Source of the DNA: Mobula hypostoma
Taxonomy: Eukaryota
Direction: 5' to 3'
Assembly (NCBI RefSeq): GCF_963921235.1
Contig: NC_086101.1
Coordinates: forward strand, 9,426,001-9,490,000
Length of the DNA: 64,000 bases
Position numbers and translations under genes: made by a program. Positions 48,568 through 60,191 of this stretch are shown here, in pieces. Each line of letters opens with the position of its first letter. Position 1 is the stretch's first letter. The notes under the pieces were generated by a model. That model had not been told where the DNA came from. It did no database searches and worked only from the letters and a program-made list of their open reading frames with translations.

Positions 48568-51503
48568 ACCGTAAAATAGTCTTACAAAGTTTATAAATAG
48601 TTTTCAAAAAATATTTACCAACTTTGTTTTAGTTCAACGGTACTTTATTGATTTGTTGCGGGAGAGCTGAATCCCACGTCATCACGTGACCCCCCCCCCC
48701 GGCGTTCTTCAGCAAACACCTACGACCACCCGAAGTCAAATACAGTGTTTTCGACCGGGAGCTATTGGCACTATAGCTGGCAATCCGGCATTTCAGGTAC
48801 TTCTTAGAAGGTAGGCCCTTCACCGCGTTCACGGACCACAAACCGCTTACCTTTGCGATCATGAAGGTGTCCGACCCCTGGTCGTCCCGCCAGCAGCGAC
48901 ATCTGTCCTACATCTCCGAGTACACGACAGACATCCGGCATGTCTCTGGAAAGAACAATGTCGTGGCGGACGCACTATCCAGACCTACCATACAGGCCCT
49001 GTCCCAGGGGGTGGACTATGCAGCGCTGGCAGAGGCACAGCAGGCAGACGATGAGATCCCTAGTAAGAGGACTGCAGTCTCCGGTTTGCAGCTCCAAGAC
49101 CTCCCCGTAGGCCCCGGTGAGAGGACCCTACTGTGTGACGTAGCTACCGGCCAACCCCGCCCCGTCGTCCCAGCAGCCTGGCAGCGGCGAGTTTTCGATT
49201 GCATTCACAACTTTGCGCACCCCTCCATCTGAACAATCATCCGGCTGGTCGCCAACAGTTTCGTGTGGCATGGGCATCGTAAACAGCTCAGTGAATGGGC
49301 CAAAACGTGCATGCAGTGCCAAACGGCCAAGGTGCAGCGGCACACCAAGGCTCCACCGCAGCAATTCGAACCCACCCGCCGAAGGTTCGACCACATTCAT
49401 GTGGATATCGTGGGGCCCCTGCCAGTGTCACGAGGAGCGCGGTACCTCCTAACTATGATAGACCGGTTCACCAGATGGCCAGAGGCAGTCCCGCTCACCG
49501 ACACCACCTCCGAATCCTGCGCCCGAGAACTGATGACAACCTGGGTAGCACGCTTCGGGGTACCAGCCCACATTACCTCCGACAGGGGCGCCCAGTTCAC
49601 CTCCAGCCGGTGGTCAGCTATGGCCAACCGTTTAGGATTGCAGCTACAACACACAACTGCCCATCACCCACAGTCGTACGGACGAGTGGAGCATTTCCAC
49701 CGTCACCTGAAGTCGGCTCTCATGGCCCGCCTGGAGGGGCCTAACTGGGTGGACGAACATCCCTGGGTCCTGCTCAGAATCCGCACGGCGCCCAAGGAGG
49801 ATCTGCACACCTCGTCGGCCGAGTTGGTGTACGGCGCACCCCTGGTAGTCGCGGGAGAGTTCATACCAGCCCCAAGAGGGCAAGAGGAAGAACCCACAGC
49901 AGTCCTGGACAGACTACGAGAGAGGCTCGGTAACCGGGCCCCCATCCCCACTTCACAGCACGGACAGAGCCCGACCTGCGTACCCAAAGACCTGCAGAAC
50001 TGTAAGTTTCTTTTTGTACGACGGGGTGGACACCGGGCACCGCTACAGTGGCCCTACGAGGGGCCGTTTAAGGTGATCAGGAACAACAGTCCACGTTCGT
50101 GCTGGACATTGGGGGGAGAGAGGAGGTTTTCACAGTGGACCGACTCAAACCGGCCCATGTGGACTTGGCGCAGCCGGTCCGGGCTCAGGCACCGCGGCGC
50201 AGAGGCAGACCTCTCAAACAGAGGCCGAACCAGACTGTGGACACCGGGGGATGTATCGCCGGTTCTGGTGGCGGGGGGGGGGAGGGGTTATGTGGTGACC
50301 CACTTTCCAGCGCACTCGAACCGGCTCACAAAACGGTGCGCGCCGGCAGAAAGGCCGGCCCCAAAAAGGGCGCCAGGCCATCTTCACCAGCAGGGGGAAT
50401 ACCCGCGCGCGGGAAGGGTCTGCGAGTATGCATTCCCCACAGCAGCCCCGCCCAGGGAGGGCGGGAACGGGAAGGCTTTAAAGGAGGCTGCGAAGTCTGA
50501 ATAAACCTCTTTTTTCGCAACTACAACTCACCGACTACGTGTCGTTACTCTAGCGCTGTGTGTAGCACACTGCTACAATGCCTTCCATAACTGCGTGGCC
50601 GAAGCATTGGAGCAGGGAGCAGGGATTGAGATTTTTGGATCATTGGGACCTCTCATTGGGGCAGGTGTGACCTGCACAAAAAGGACAGGTGGCCCTTGAA
50701 TCCGCAGATGACCGATATGCGGGTGGGGAGGTTTGCTGATGCTATTGGGGACGGTTTAAACTAGATTTGCAGGGGGGTGGGAACCGAAGTGCAGAGGCAG
50801 AGGTTGGGGAGGTTGGAGCACAAGGAGAGACAGCTTGTAGGGAGTTTGTGAAGAGAGGCTGTACTTAATCTGGTATTGGGAAAGGAACCTGGTCAGATGT
50901 CAGATCTCTTGGACAGCATTTTGGAGGTAGTGACCACAACCCTGTCTCCTTCACCACAGCGCTGGAGAGGGATAAGAACAGACAATTTGAGAAAACATTT
51001 AATTGGTGAAGGGAGAAATATGATGCTATTAGGCAGGAACTTGTGAGCATCCATTTGGAGCAGATGTTCTCAGGGAAACGAACGGCAGAAAAGTAGCAAA
51101 TGTTCAGGTAACATTTGTATAGAGTTGTGCATAGGTATGTTCCATTGAGGCAGGGAAAGGATGGCAGGGTTAAAGAACCATGGTGTACAAAGAATGCAGA
51201 AAATCTAGTTAAGAAGAAAAGAAAAGCTTGTGAAAGGTTCAAGAAACTAGGTACTGTTAGAGCTCTAGGAAATTACAAGTTTGCTAGGAAGGAGTTTAAG
51301 AATTGAATTAGGAGAGCCAGAAGGCACCACGAGAAGGCCTTGGTGAGCAGGATTAAGGAAACCCCCAAGGTATTCTACAAGGATGTGAAGAGCAAGAGAA
51401 TGAGCCATGTGAGAATAGGACCAATCAGGTGCGATACTGGAAACGTGTGCATGGGGTCGGAGAAGGTAGCAGAGGTATTAATGAATACTTTGCTTCAGTA
51501 TTC

Positions 51504-54500
51504 TTTTGGATCGGGACAACAGAGCGTCGTGGGAGCTGAATTCTGAAGGAAGGCAGTTTTTTAAAAAAACTTCGAGAGCAAGACGGGCGAAACTGCGCAG
51601 GCGCGTGACGTCAACAGGACCGCGCGGAGAGTTTAAAAAGGAGACCACCCTATACAGCGGGCAGCGGAGTGAGTGGGAGAAGAGTGTAGGGCTTTGGCCT
51701 CAACGGGCTTCGGCGGTAAACGGGAAGAGGCGAGAGCGAAGCGCCAACTCTTTTTTTTTCCTCTCCCCCTCCGCCCTACATTTCGCGAATTGGCCCGGAC
51801 AGGCAGGAACAGCAGGGCTCTCACAGGTAATGGTATGAGCTAACGGTTTAAAAAGTTCGTCTGTTTGGCGAGGTAAGTACGTGAGTAGACTTATTTTTCC
51901 TGTTTCATTCCTGTAGAATTAGATAACATGCCTGCAGGGTTAGTGCTTTGTTCAGGGTGTCAGATGTGGGAATCCTGGGAGACCTCCAGCCTCCCTGATG
52001 GCCACATCTGCGCCAGGTGCACCGAGATGCAGCTCCTCAGAGACCATGGTAGGGATCTGGAGCTGCAGCTTGGTGACCTACTGCTCATCAGGGAAAGTAA
52101 AGAGATGATAGACAGGAGCTACAGGGAGGTAGTCATCCCTAGGCTACAGGAGTCAGAAAACTGGGTCACTGTCAAGAGAGGGAAGAGAAATACCCGGATA
52201 GTGGAGAGCACCCCTGTGGCTGTCTCCCTCAGCAACAAATATCTTGTTCTGGATGCTGTTGAGGGGGATGACCTGACAGGGGATGCCCACGGTGACCGGG
52301 TCTCTGGCGCTGAGCCTGGCGCTGTTGTGCAGGAGGGAAGCAGGGAGAAGAGAAATGCGGTAGTCGTAGGGGATTCCATTGTCAGGGGAACGGACAGGAG
52401 ATTCTGTGAGCCTGATAGAGATACCCGCATGGTGTGTTGCCTCCCAAGTGCCAGTGTACGGGATGTCTCGGATCGGGTCCTGAATATTCTAAAGGGGGAG
52501 GGGGAGCAGCCACAGTCTTAGTACATGTTGGTACCAATGACATAGATAGGACAAAGGAGGAGGTCCTGAAGAGAGATTTCCAGGAGTTCAGAAGGAAGCT
52601 GAGAAGCAGGACCTCCAGGGTAGTAATCTCGGGATTGCTACCTGTGCCACGTGCTAGCGTGGGCAAGAATAGTCGGATCAGGCAGATGAATGCGTGGCTG
52701 ACAGACTGGGGTACGGGGCAGGGCTTCAGATTCTTGGATAATTGGGATCTCTTCTGGGGGAATATGACCCGTTCAAAAAGGATAGATTACACTTGAACCC
52801 GAAGGGGACCAATATCCTGGCGGGAAAGTTTAATAGAGCTGTTAGGGAGGGTTTAAACTAATTTGGCAGGGGGATGGGAACCGGAATGACAGAGTGGAGG
52901 AAGGGGAAAACAGAAATAAATCTAACATAGTGAGCAGTAAAGATGTCAGGATAGACAGGCAGGTGATGGGGCAAATTTGTAGCCATTGGGATGAGTTGCA
53001 GTGCAATAAAGTTGCAGTGAAATCAAAGCGAAAAGTATCAAATACTGGTCTTAAGGTGCTGTACTTAAATGCACGCAGCATAAGGAATAAGGTGGATGAT
53101 CTTGTCGTACAGCTACAGATTGGCAGGTATGATATTGTGGCCATCACTGAGACGTGGCTAAAGGATGCATGTCTCTGGGAGCTGAACGTCCAAGGATACA
53201 CGGTGTATCGGAAGGATAGGAAGGTAGGCAGAGGGGGGGGGGCGTGGCTTTATTGGTAAGAAATGATATTAAATCATTCGAGAGAGGTGATATAGGATCG
53301 GAAGGTGCAGAATCTTTATGGGTTGAGCTAAGAAATAGCAGGGGTAAAAGGACCCTGATGGCAGTTGCAGTGATGTGGACTACAAATTACAACTGGAAAT
53401 AGAAAAGGCCTGTCAGAAGGGCAGTGTTATGATAATTGTGGGGGATTTTAACCTGCGAGTGGATTGGGAAAATCAGGTCGGCACTGGATCTCAAGAGAGA
53501 GAATTTGTAGAATGTCTGCGAGATGGCTTTTTAGGACAGCTTGTTGTTGAGCCCACCGGGGGATCGGCTGTACTGGATTGGGTATTGTGTAATGAACCGG
53601 AGGTGATTTGAGTGATTGAGGTGAAGGAACCCTTAGGAGGCAGTGATCATAACATGATTGAGTTCACTGTGAAATTTGAAAAAGAGAAGCCGAAATCTGA
53701 TGTGTCGGTATTTCAGTGGAGTAAAGGAAACTACAGTGGCATGAGAGAGGAACTGGCCAAAGTTGACTGGAAACGGACACTGGCGGGAAAGACAGCAGAG
53801 CAGCAGTGGCTGGAGTTTATGTGAGAAGTGAGGAAGGTGCAAGACAGGTATATTCCAAAAAAGAATAAATTTTCGAGTGGAAAAAGAATGCAACTGTGGT
53901 TGACAAGAGAAGTCAAAGCCAAAGTTAAAGCAAAGGAGAGGGCAGACAAGGAAGCAAAAATTAGTGGGAAGGCAGAGGATTGGGAAGTTTTTAAAATGTT
54001 ACAAAAGGAAACCAAGAAGGTCATTAAGAGGGAAAAGATTAACTATGAAAGGAAACTAGCAAATAATATCAAAGAGGATACTAATAGCTTTTTCAAGTAT
54101 ATAAAGAGTAAAAGACAGGTGAGAGTAGATATAGGACCGATAGAAAATGATGCTGGAGAAATTGTTTTGGGAGGTAAGGAGATGGCAGAGGAACTGAACG
54201 AGTATTTTGCATCAGTCTTCACTGAGGAAGACGTCAGCAGTATACTGGACACTCAGTGGTGGCAGGGAAGAGAAGTGTGCGCAGTCACAATTACGACAGA
54301 GAAAGTACTCAGGAAGCTGAATAGTCTAAAGGTAGATAAATCTCCCGGACCAGATGGAATGCACCCGCATGTTCTGAAGGAAGTAGCTGTGGAGATTGTG
54401 GAGGCATTAGCGATGATCTTTCAAAAGTCGATAGATCCTGGCATCGTTCCGGAGGACTGGAAGATTGCAAATGTCACTCCGCTATTTAAGAACGGGGCAA

Positions 54501-55917
54501 GGAAGGAAAAAGGAAATTATAGACCTGTTAGCTTGACGTCGGTGGTTGGGAAGTTGTTGGAGTTGATTGTCAAGGATTAGGTTACAGAGTACCCGGAGGT
54601 ATATGACAAGATAGGCAGAACTCAGCATGGATTCCTTAAAGAAAAATCCTGCCTGACAAACCTATTACAATTTTTTGAGGAAACTACCAGTAGGCTAGAC
54701 AAGGGAGATGCAGTGGATGTTGTATATTTGGATTTTCAGAAGGCCTTTGACAAGGTGCCACACATGAGGCTACTTAACAAGATAAGTGCCCATGGAATTA
54801 CGGGAAATTTACATACGTGGATAGAGCATTGGCTGATTGGCAGGAAACAGAGAGTGGGAATAAAGGGGTCCCATTCTCTTTGGCTGCCAGTTAGCAGCGG
54901 TGTTCCACAGGGATGCGTGTTGGGGCTGCTGCTTTTTGCGTTGTACATCAACGATTTGGATTATGGAATAGATGGCTTTGTGGCTAAGTTTGCTGACGAT
55001 ACGAAGATAGGTGGAGGGGCCGGTAGTGCTGAGGAAACAGAGAGTCTGCAGAGAGACTTGGATAGATTGGAAGAATGGGCAGAGAAGTGGCAAATGAAGT
55101 ATAATGTTGGAAAGTGTATGGTTATGCACTTTAGCAGAAAAAATAAATGGGCAGACTATTATTTAAATGGGGAGAGAATTCAAAGTTCTGAGATGCAACG
55201 GGACTTGGGAGTCCTCGTACAGGATACCCTTAAAGTTAACCTCCAGGTTGAGTCAGTAGTGAAGAAGGCGAATGCAATGTTGGCATTCATTTCTAGAGGA
55301 ATAGAGTATAGGAGCAAGAATGTGATGTTGAGGCTCTATAAGGCGCTGGTGAGACCTCACTTGGAGTACTGTGGGCAGTTTTGGTCTCCTTATTTAAGAA
55401 AGGATGTGCTGACGTTGGAGAGGGTACAGAGAAGATTCACTAGAATGATTCCGGGAATGAAAGGGTTGACATATGAGGAATGTTTGTCCGCTCTTGGACT
55501 GTATCCCTTGGAGTTTAGAAGAATGAGGGGAGACCTCATAGAAATATTTCGAATGTTGAAAGGCATGGACAGAGTGGATGTGGCAAAGTTGTTTCCCATG
55601 ATGAGGGAGTCTAGTACGAGAAGGCATGACTTAAGGATGAAGGGCACCCATTCAGAAGAGAAATGCGAAGAAATTTTTTTAGTCAGAGGCTGTTGAATCT
55701 ATGGAATTTGTTGCCACGGGCAGCAGTGGAGGTCAAGTCATTGGGTGTATTTAAGGCAGAGATTGAGAGGTAGCTGAGTAGCCAGGGCATCAAAGGTTAC
55801 GGTGAGAAGGCGGGGGAGTGGAACTGAATGGGAGAATTGATCAGCTCATGATAAAATGGCGGAGCAGACTTGATGGGCCGAATGGCCGATTTCTGCTCCT
55901 TTGTCTTATGGTCTTAT
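51504..55917 (+). mobile_element. Full-length CR1 LINE (4.4 kb): CpG-rich 5'UTR, ORF1 (zinc finger, SGNH esterase), ORF2 (APE-RT); several disabling mutations
   Basis: 7-bp TSD AGTATTC at 51497-51503 and 55918-55924; ORF1 starts at 51928 (CSGCQMW, VVGDS, VHVGTND); RT FADDTK; TATGGTCT tail. Confidence 0.93.
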
Positions 55918-57306
55918 AGTATTCACCAGGGAAAAAGACCTTGACAATTGTGGGGATTACTTACAGTGGACTCAAATGCTTGAGCATATAGACATTGAGA
56001 AAGAGGATGTGCTGGAGGTTCTGAAAAATATTAAGTCACCGGGACCGGATGAGCGATATACCCCAGGCTACTGTGGGAAGTGAGGGACGAGATTGCTGAG
56101 CACCTTGCGATGATTTTTGTGTCATCAGTTGGGTCGGGAGAAGAACCGGAGGATTGGCGAGTTGCAAATGTTGTTCCCTTGTTCAAGAAAGGAAGTCTAT
56201 AACCGAAGAAATTATTGACCAGTGAGCCTGACTTCAGTGCTGAGAAAGTTGTTGAAGATCCTTAGAGGCAGGTGTTACGTACCCCGTAACTGGGTTGCCA
56301 CACCAGCAGAAATGGATCACTCAGTTGGAGTCTGGATTACTGGAACTAAGAAAGTTTTATTAAAGAAACAAGCAACACAGTAATCGAAAGGATAATAAAT
56401 GCAACAGTTCAGCAATGATAACCACACATGTGCACAGAATTAAGATAGCAGCATCAATCAAGCTCTATCGTTGTCTAGGGGCAAATGACCAAATTTCAAA
56501 GTGACTCAAAGTTCAGTCCAGTTTAGTAGTTCAGTTTGCAGTAATCGTTGCCATGGCGATGGACAACGTCGGGGAAGAGAGAGATAGAACAGGAACAACT
56601 GATCATTCAGACACGGCTTCATTCACAGACCGGCGAGATGGCTCACAAGCAACTTTTGGGCGGGTCCTTGGTGATGTCACCTGAGGTCACCGACTGTGAC
56701 CCCTCCTCCAGATGCGGTCGATCCTCTGCAGTGAACCCGGCACCCAGGCAAGGGCGGACACACACCGGGTTCCCGCTGATCGTACCTTTCCACCCTGGCC
56801 GTTGTCTGGTACTTCTCACCGACTCGTGAGAAGCGTACCGCTTCCAGGGTCTCGTTACCTCGGGTGGCGTGTGTCCTGCCTTAGCGAACCTGTCCCTTTT
56901 TATCCCCCTGCTGGGGTATCGCCTGTCCATCACTTCAAACAGTTCAAGGTTCAAAGGGGGGAGCCGCTCCAGACAGCTCTCTCTCCCCCGTCCCTTCATT
57001 ACACATCTCCAGACACTGCTCCATTGTTCCTTATCTCTCCTTCCCCTGAGGGCAGGTGGCAGACCACTTGCTGATGTCACTGATGCTAACCTAGGCCAGC
57101 AAACATCTTAATTTTATGTGTATTCTCGTCACACTTCCCCCCTTTAAGGATTTTTACCGGGAGGTAAAAATTACAAACATGAATACATTATTTGATACAT
57201 ACACAAATATACATCTCTATCAGCTATTTGGCAAACACAACGAGTTTGAAGCTGTCAACACCTTGACAGACAGTCATCACATTTTCTGTTCCTTTTACAC
57301 GTGTTA

Positions 57307-58722
57307 TTAGTAATCCCTTAGACCAGGCTCCAACTCAGCAAACTTCATAGTGGCCAAAAACACTGATGAATTGCGATCGATGTAATCTCTCATTTGGCTT
57401 TGTCCCGGACCACAATAACAAGGGTCGTCCCATTCCGACTCAGTTTTCTCTCGCAAGGGCTTAGTAGGAGGGGGACGGGTATTGACCGCAGAGTTATTGC
57501 AAAACTTTCTGCAGTACCCCACCATCTCCAAGAGCCTTCTGAGGGCTCTCTTGTCTGTCAGGGTTGGGAGGTCAGCGATAGCCTGCACTGTAGCTTGCAT
57601 CGCTGCCAGCTGCCCCTGTGTCACCACAATTCCCAGGTAAGTGACCCTCGTGTGGCCGAATTCATTTTTTTCAAGGTTCACTATCAAGCTGGCTTCAGAC
57701 AGCCGTATTAAATTGCCAATACACACCTCTGTGTTCATCAGCCCTTTAGTCACTGAATTACTCATTATATATCGGTGTTCTTTACTAGGCTGCCCTATTG
57801 TAACAGACATCACCCAACGTCCCAGTTCTTTGCATTTCCTCGGGACAATCAAACATACGGGTGCGAGTCGTTTAATTACTTCTTCTAAAGATTCGCTTTG
57901 TTCGAGGATTAAGGGAGAGACCTTATCAGTAGACCTGGCCAAAACAATAGCCTTCTCCCATCTGACCGATCCCATCCTAATCTTTTCAAAATGGTTTTTT
58001 TCTCTTATCAGGGGGCCCCTAGCTTCTTTGATTTCCACGCTAACACCGACTAGGTTTGTTAGCATATCAAAAGCCGGTGACCGTCTCAGTTCGCGTCGGT
58101 CATGATCAATAACATTCTTCCCCCTGGGCAGCCGGTAAATCTCTTTCATGATTCCACCAACTGTTTCCTCCAGCACCGCAAAATGTCCACCGGGGGGTAC
58201 CTCGTGGGCCATGTTAAAAACCTCATCCCCATAACTCTTTTGCACCACCCCCCATTCCTCATCTGCGGGTACTGTACTTGATTTCCCTTTCTTCCTTAGC
58301 ACTTCCTCCGCTACACGATAGCCTACTAGTTCCCTTGTTAAAGCTGTGTCAGACAGAGCTGTCTCTGCCAAAACCATCAGACCCTCGTCTCGCTCCTGCG
58401 TCTGCACAAATTCTTTCCTGGCTACTGCTACGTCCGTCCCAGCTCCCTCACTACCTCTTGTCTCACTACACCCCGTCTCATACAAGGTTGGCAGAAATGT
58501 TTCAGCTAAATTCACTATCGCGGGCCCGTGATGAACCCGTGAGTCCATGGGCGGGGCCTCAATGCTGGCAGGCTGACCTGTCAATCTCACGACTGGGAAC
58601 ACGATTCCTCCGGCGATGTCATTACCGAGCAAGACTTCCACGTCTTTCATCGGTAATTCGGACCTCACCCCGATCATGACTAGTCCAGAGACCAGGTTGC
58701 TTTGTAAGTGTATCTGGTGCAA
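57307..58722 (-). CDS. Open but catalytically stripped pol-derived ORF (protease C-terminus, integrase zinc-finger remnant, RT C-terminal remnant)
   Basis: VLLGNDIAG; MAHEVPPGGHF; LIVNLEKNEFGHTRVTYLG; LLEMVGYCRKF; no YxDD or DDE. Confidence 0.7.
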   Translation of the reverse strand: MHQIHLQSNLVSGLVMIGVRSELPMKDVEVLLGNDIAGGIVFPVVRLTGQPASIEAPPMDSRVHHGPAIVNLAETFLPTLYETGCSETRGSEGAGTDVAVARKEFVQTQERDEGLMVLAETALSDTALTRELVGYRVAEEVLRKKGKSSTVPADEEWGVVQKSYGDEVFNMAHEVPPGGHFAVLEETVGGIMKEIYRLPRGKNVIDHDRRELRRSPAFDMLTNLVGVSVEIKEARGPLIREKNHFEKIRMGSVRWEKAIVLARSTDKVSPLILEQSESLEEVIKRLAPVCLIVPRKCKELGRWVMSVTIGQPSKEHRYIMSNSVTKGLMNTEVCIGNLIRLSEASLIVNLEKNEFGHTRVTYLGIVVTQGQLAAMQATVQAIADLPTLTDKRALRRLLEMVGYCRKFCNNSAVNTRPPPTKPLREKTESEWDDPCYCGPGQSQMRDYIDRNSSVFLATMKFAELEPGLRDY

Positions 58723-60191
58723 ATGGACGACTCTGTCCCTTCCCCAACACCTTTGACCTCTACCTCCCCAGTCTGGGTCTCTGAGCTAAACTCTAATACA
58801 CTCTTCAGTATTAGTGACTGACACGCTCCCGTGTCTCTCCAGATCCGCACTGGAACTGGTTTTAACCCCTCCTTCACTGACACCAATCCGGCCGAGATAA
58901 ACCTCTCGCGCCCTTCCTGGACTTTTTCAGACCTGTCCTTCCCTAGCGGTTCGCTTAACAGCTCGATACAGCCATTCAAAATTTCCGCTTTTCCTTTCCC
59001 CGTCTCCTTCCTTGGGGCAAAGCACCTGGACGCAAAGTGTCCGACTTTCCCACAATTATAACAGACGACCCCAGGAGACTTCCTACCAGACTGCTCCTGG
59101 TCTACCTTATCCTTTTCACTAGTCCCCGGCTTACTTTCTGACTTTTCTGGCGGACTCTCCCCGCCGTCCTGACTACCCTTCTGGTAGCCTTTACTCGGGG
59201 CAACCTTCATTTTATGCGTCAACGCATACTCATCCGCTAACTTAGCAGTTGCGGCTAACGTGGCTGCCTCTTTCTCATCGAGGTAGGGTCTCATACCCTC
59301 AGGGACACAACCTTTAAACTGCTCAATCAGGATCAGTTGTAGCAGTCTGTCATAATCCTCCTCTACCCCCCTCGAGGCGCAACAACGCTCACAATATGTC
59401 TGCATCTCATGGGCAAACTCCAAATACGTGCGGTCCCACCGCTTCCTCGCATTCCGGAACCTCTGCCGGTATGCCTCCGGGACCAACTCATAAATCCTGA
59501 GGATGGCCTCTTTCACCACCTCATACCTCTGGGCATCTTCCGCGGACAAAGCTGAGTAAGCTTGTTGGGCTTTCCCTTTCAGTACACTCTGAAGTAACAC
59601 AGCCCACTTATCCCTCGGCCATTTCTGACTTATAGCCACTTTTTCGAAGTGGAGAAAGTACCGATCCACGTCGGTATCGTCAAGTGGGGGAACCAGCCTA
59701 ACCTCCTGGGTCGCCCGGAACCCTCCACCTTGGTTCGGCACGGGCCCCTGCTCGGCCCTTATCTTTAACTTCTCCAGCTCAAATTCCCTTTCCCTCTGTT
59801 TCTCCTCTCTCTCCAACTGTCTCTCTCTCTCTTGCCTTTCTACCTCTTTCTCTTTCTCCCGCCTTTCTAACTCTCTCTCCTGCCTTTCTAACTGTTTCTC
59901 TTCATGTTCTAACTGCCGTACCCGGAACTCGTGCTCGAGTCTCAGTTTTTCAAGCTGTACCTGTACCGCGTCTCCAGCAGGTTTTTCAATAGACACCACC
60001 CCCAGCTCACCTTGGGGAAACACACCTTTAGATACATAGTGCTCTACAATAGCTCTGTGTATCTCCTCTCTCCTCATTGTCGACTTCACCTTAGCAAGAT
60101 TCAACCGTTTGGCCACAGCTATCAATTCCGATTTCCTGGCATCCACTAATGCCTCCAAGGTCGGCGCCTTTATAAATTCCTCAGCCTCCAT
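58680..60191 (-). CDS. gag: Gag (coiled coil, SCAN-like capsid CTD, CCHC knuckle) plus protease N-terminus
   Basis: PEAYRQRFR..LILIEQFK..AKLADEY (SCAN-like); CYNCGKVGHFASRC; IWRDTGA. Confidence 0.88.
   Translation of the reverse strand: MEAEEFIKAPTLEALVDARKSELIAVAKRLNLAKVKSTMRREEIHRAIVEHYVSKGVFPQGELGVVSIEKPAGDAVQVQLEKLRLEHEFRVRQLEHEEKQLERQERELERREKEKEVERQERERQLEREEKQREREFELEKLKIRAEQGPVPNQGGGFRATQEVRLVPPLDDTDVDRYFLHFEKVAISQKWPRDKWAVLLQSVLKGKAQQAYSALSAEDAQRYEVVKEAILRIYELVPEAYRQRFRNARKRWDRTYLEFAHEMQTYCERCCASRGVEEDYDRLLQLILIEQFKGCVPEGMRPYLDEKEAATLAATAKLADEYALTHKMKVAPSKGYQKGSQDGGESPPEKSESKPGTSEKDKVDQEQSGRKSPGVVCYNCGKVGHFASRCFAPRKETGKGKAEILNGCIELLSEPLGKDRSEKVQEGRERFISAGLVSVKEGLKPVPVRIWRDTGACQSLILKSVLEFSSETQTGEVEVKGVGEGTESSICTRYTYKATWSLD

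Larger units (their letters stand above)
46289..48695 (-). mobile_element. L1-clade LINE with both termini but internally deleted ORF2 (about 2.4 kb)
   Basis: Short poly(A) (T-run at 46287-46295); TSD CCCC(T/C)GGCGTT at 46278-46288 and 48696-48706; Gypsy RNase H sequence resumes exactly. Confidence 0.9.
44801..50230 (+). pseudogene. pol: Gypsy pol (protease, RT, RNase H, integrase), frameshifted and split at 46288/48707
   Basis: FLFDTG; SPWASPL; YLDDIL; VDASN; NVVADALSR; HVDIVGP..SDRGAQF; GPF motif. Confidence 0.9.
43779..50577 (+). mobile_element. Gypsy LTR retrotransposon, CsRn1/Kabuki-like, interrupted by an L1
   Basis: LTRs TG..CA at 43779-44052 and 50291-50577; tRNA-Trp PBS TGGTGACCCCGACG at 44055-44068; G-rich PPT at about 50273-50290; gag-PR-RT-RH-IN order. 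Confidence 0.93.

Noticed and set aside
56643..57080. 145-aa ORF repeated in both LTRs (also 60661-61098)
   Set aside because: Starts at GTG, has no recognisable domain, and its duplication simply reflects LTR identity
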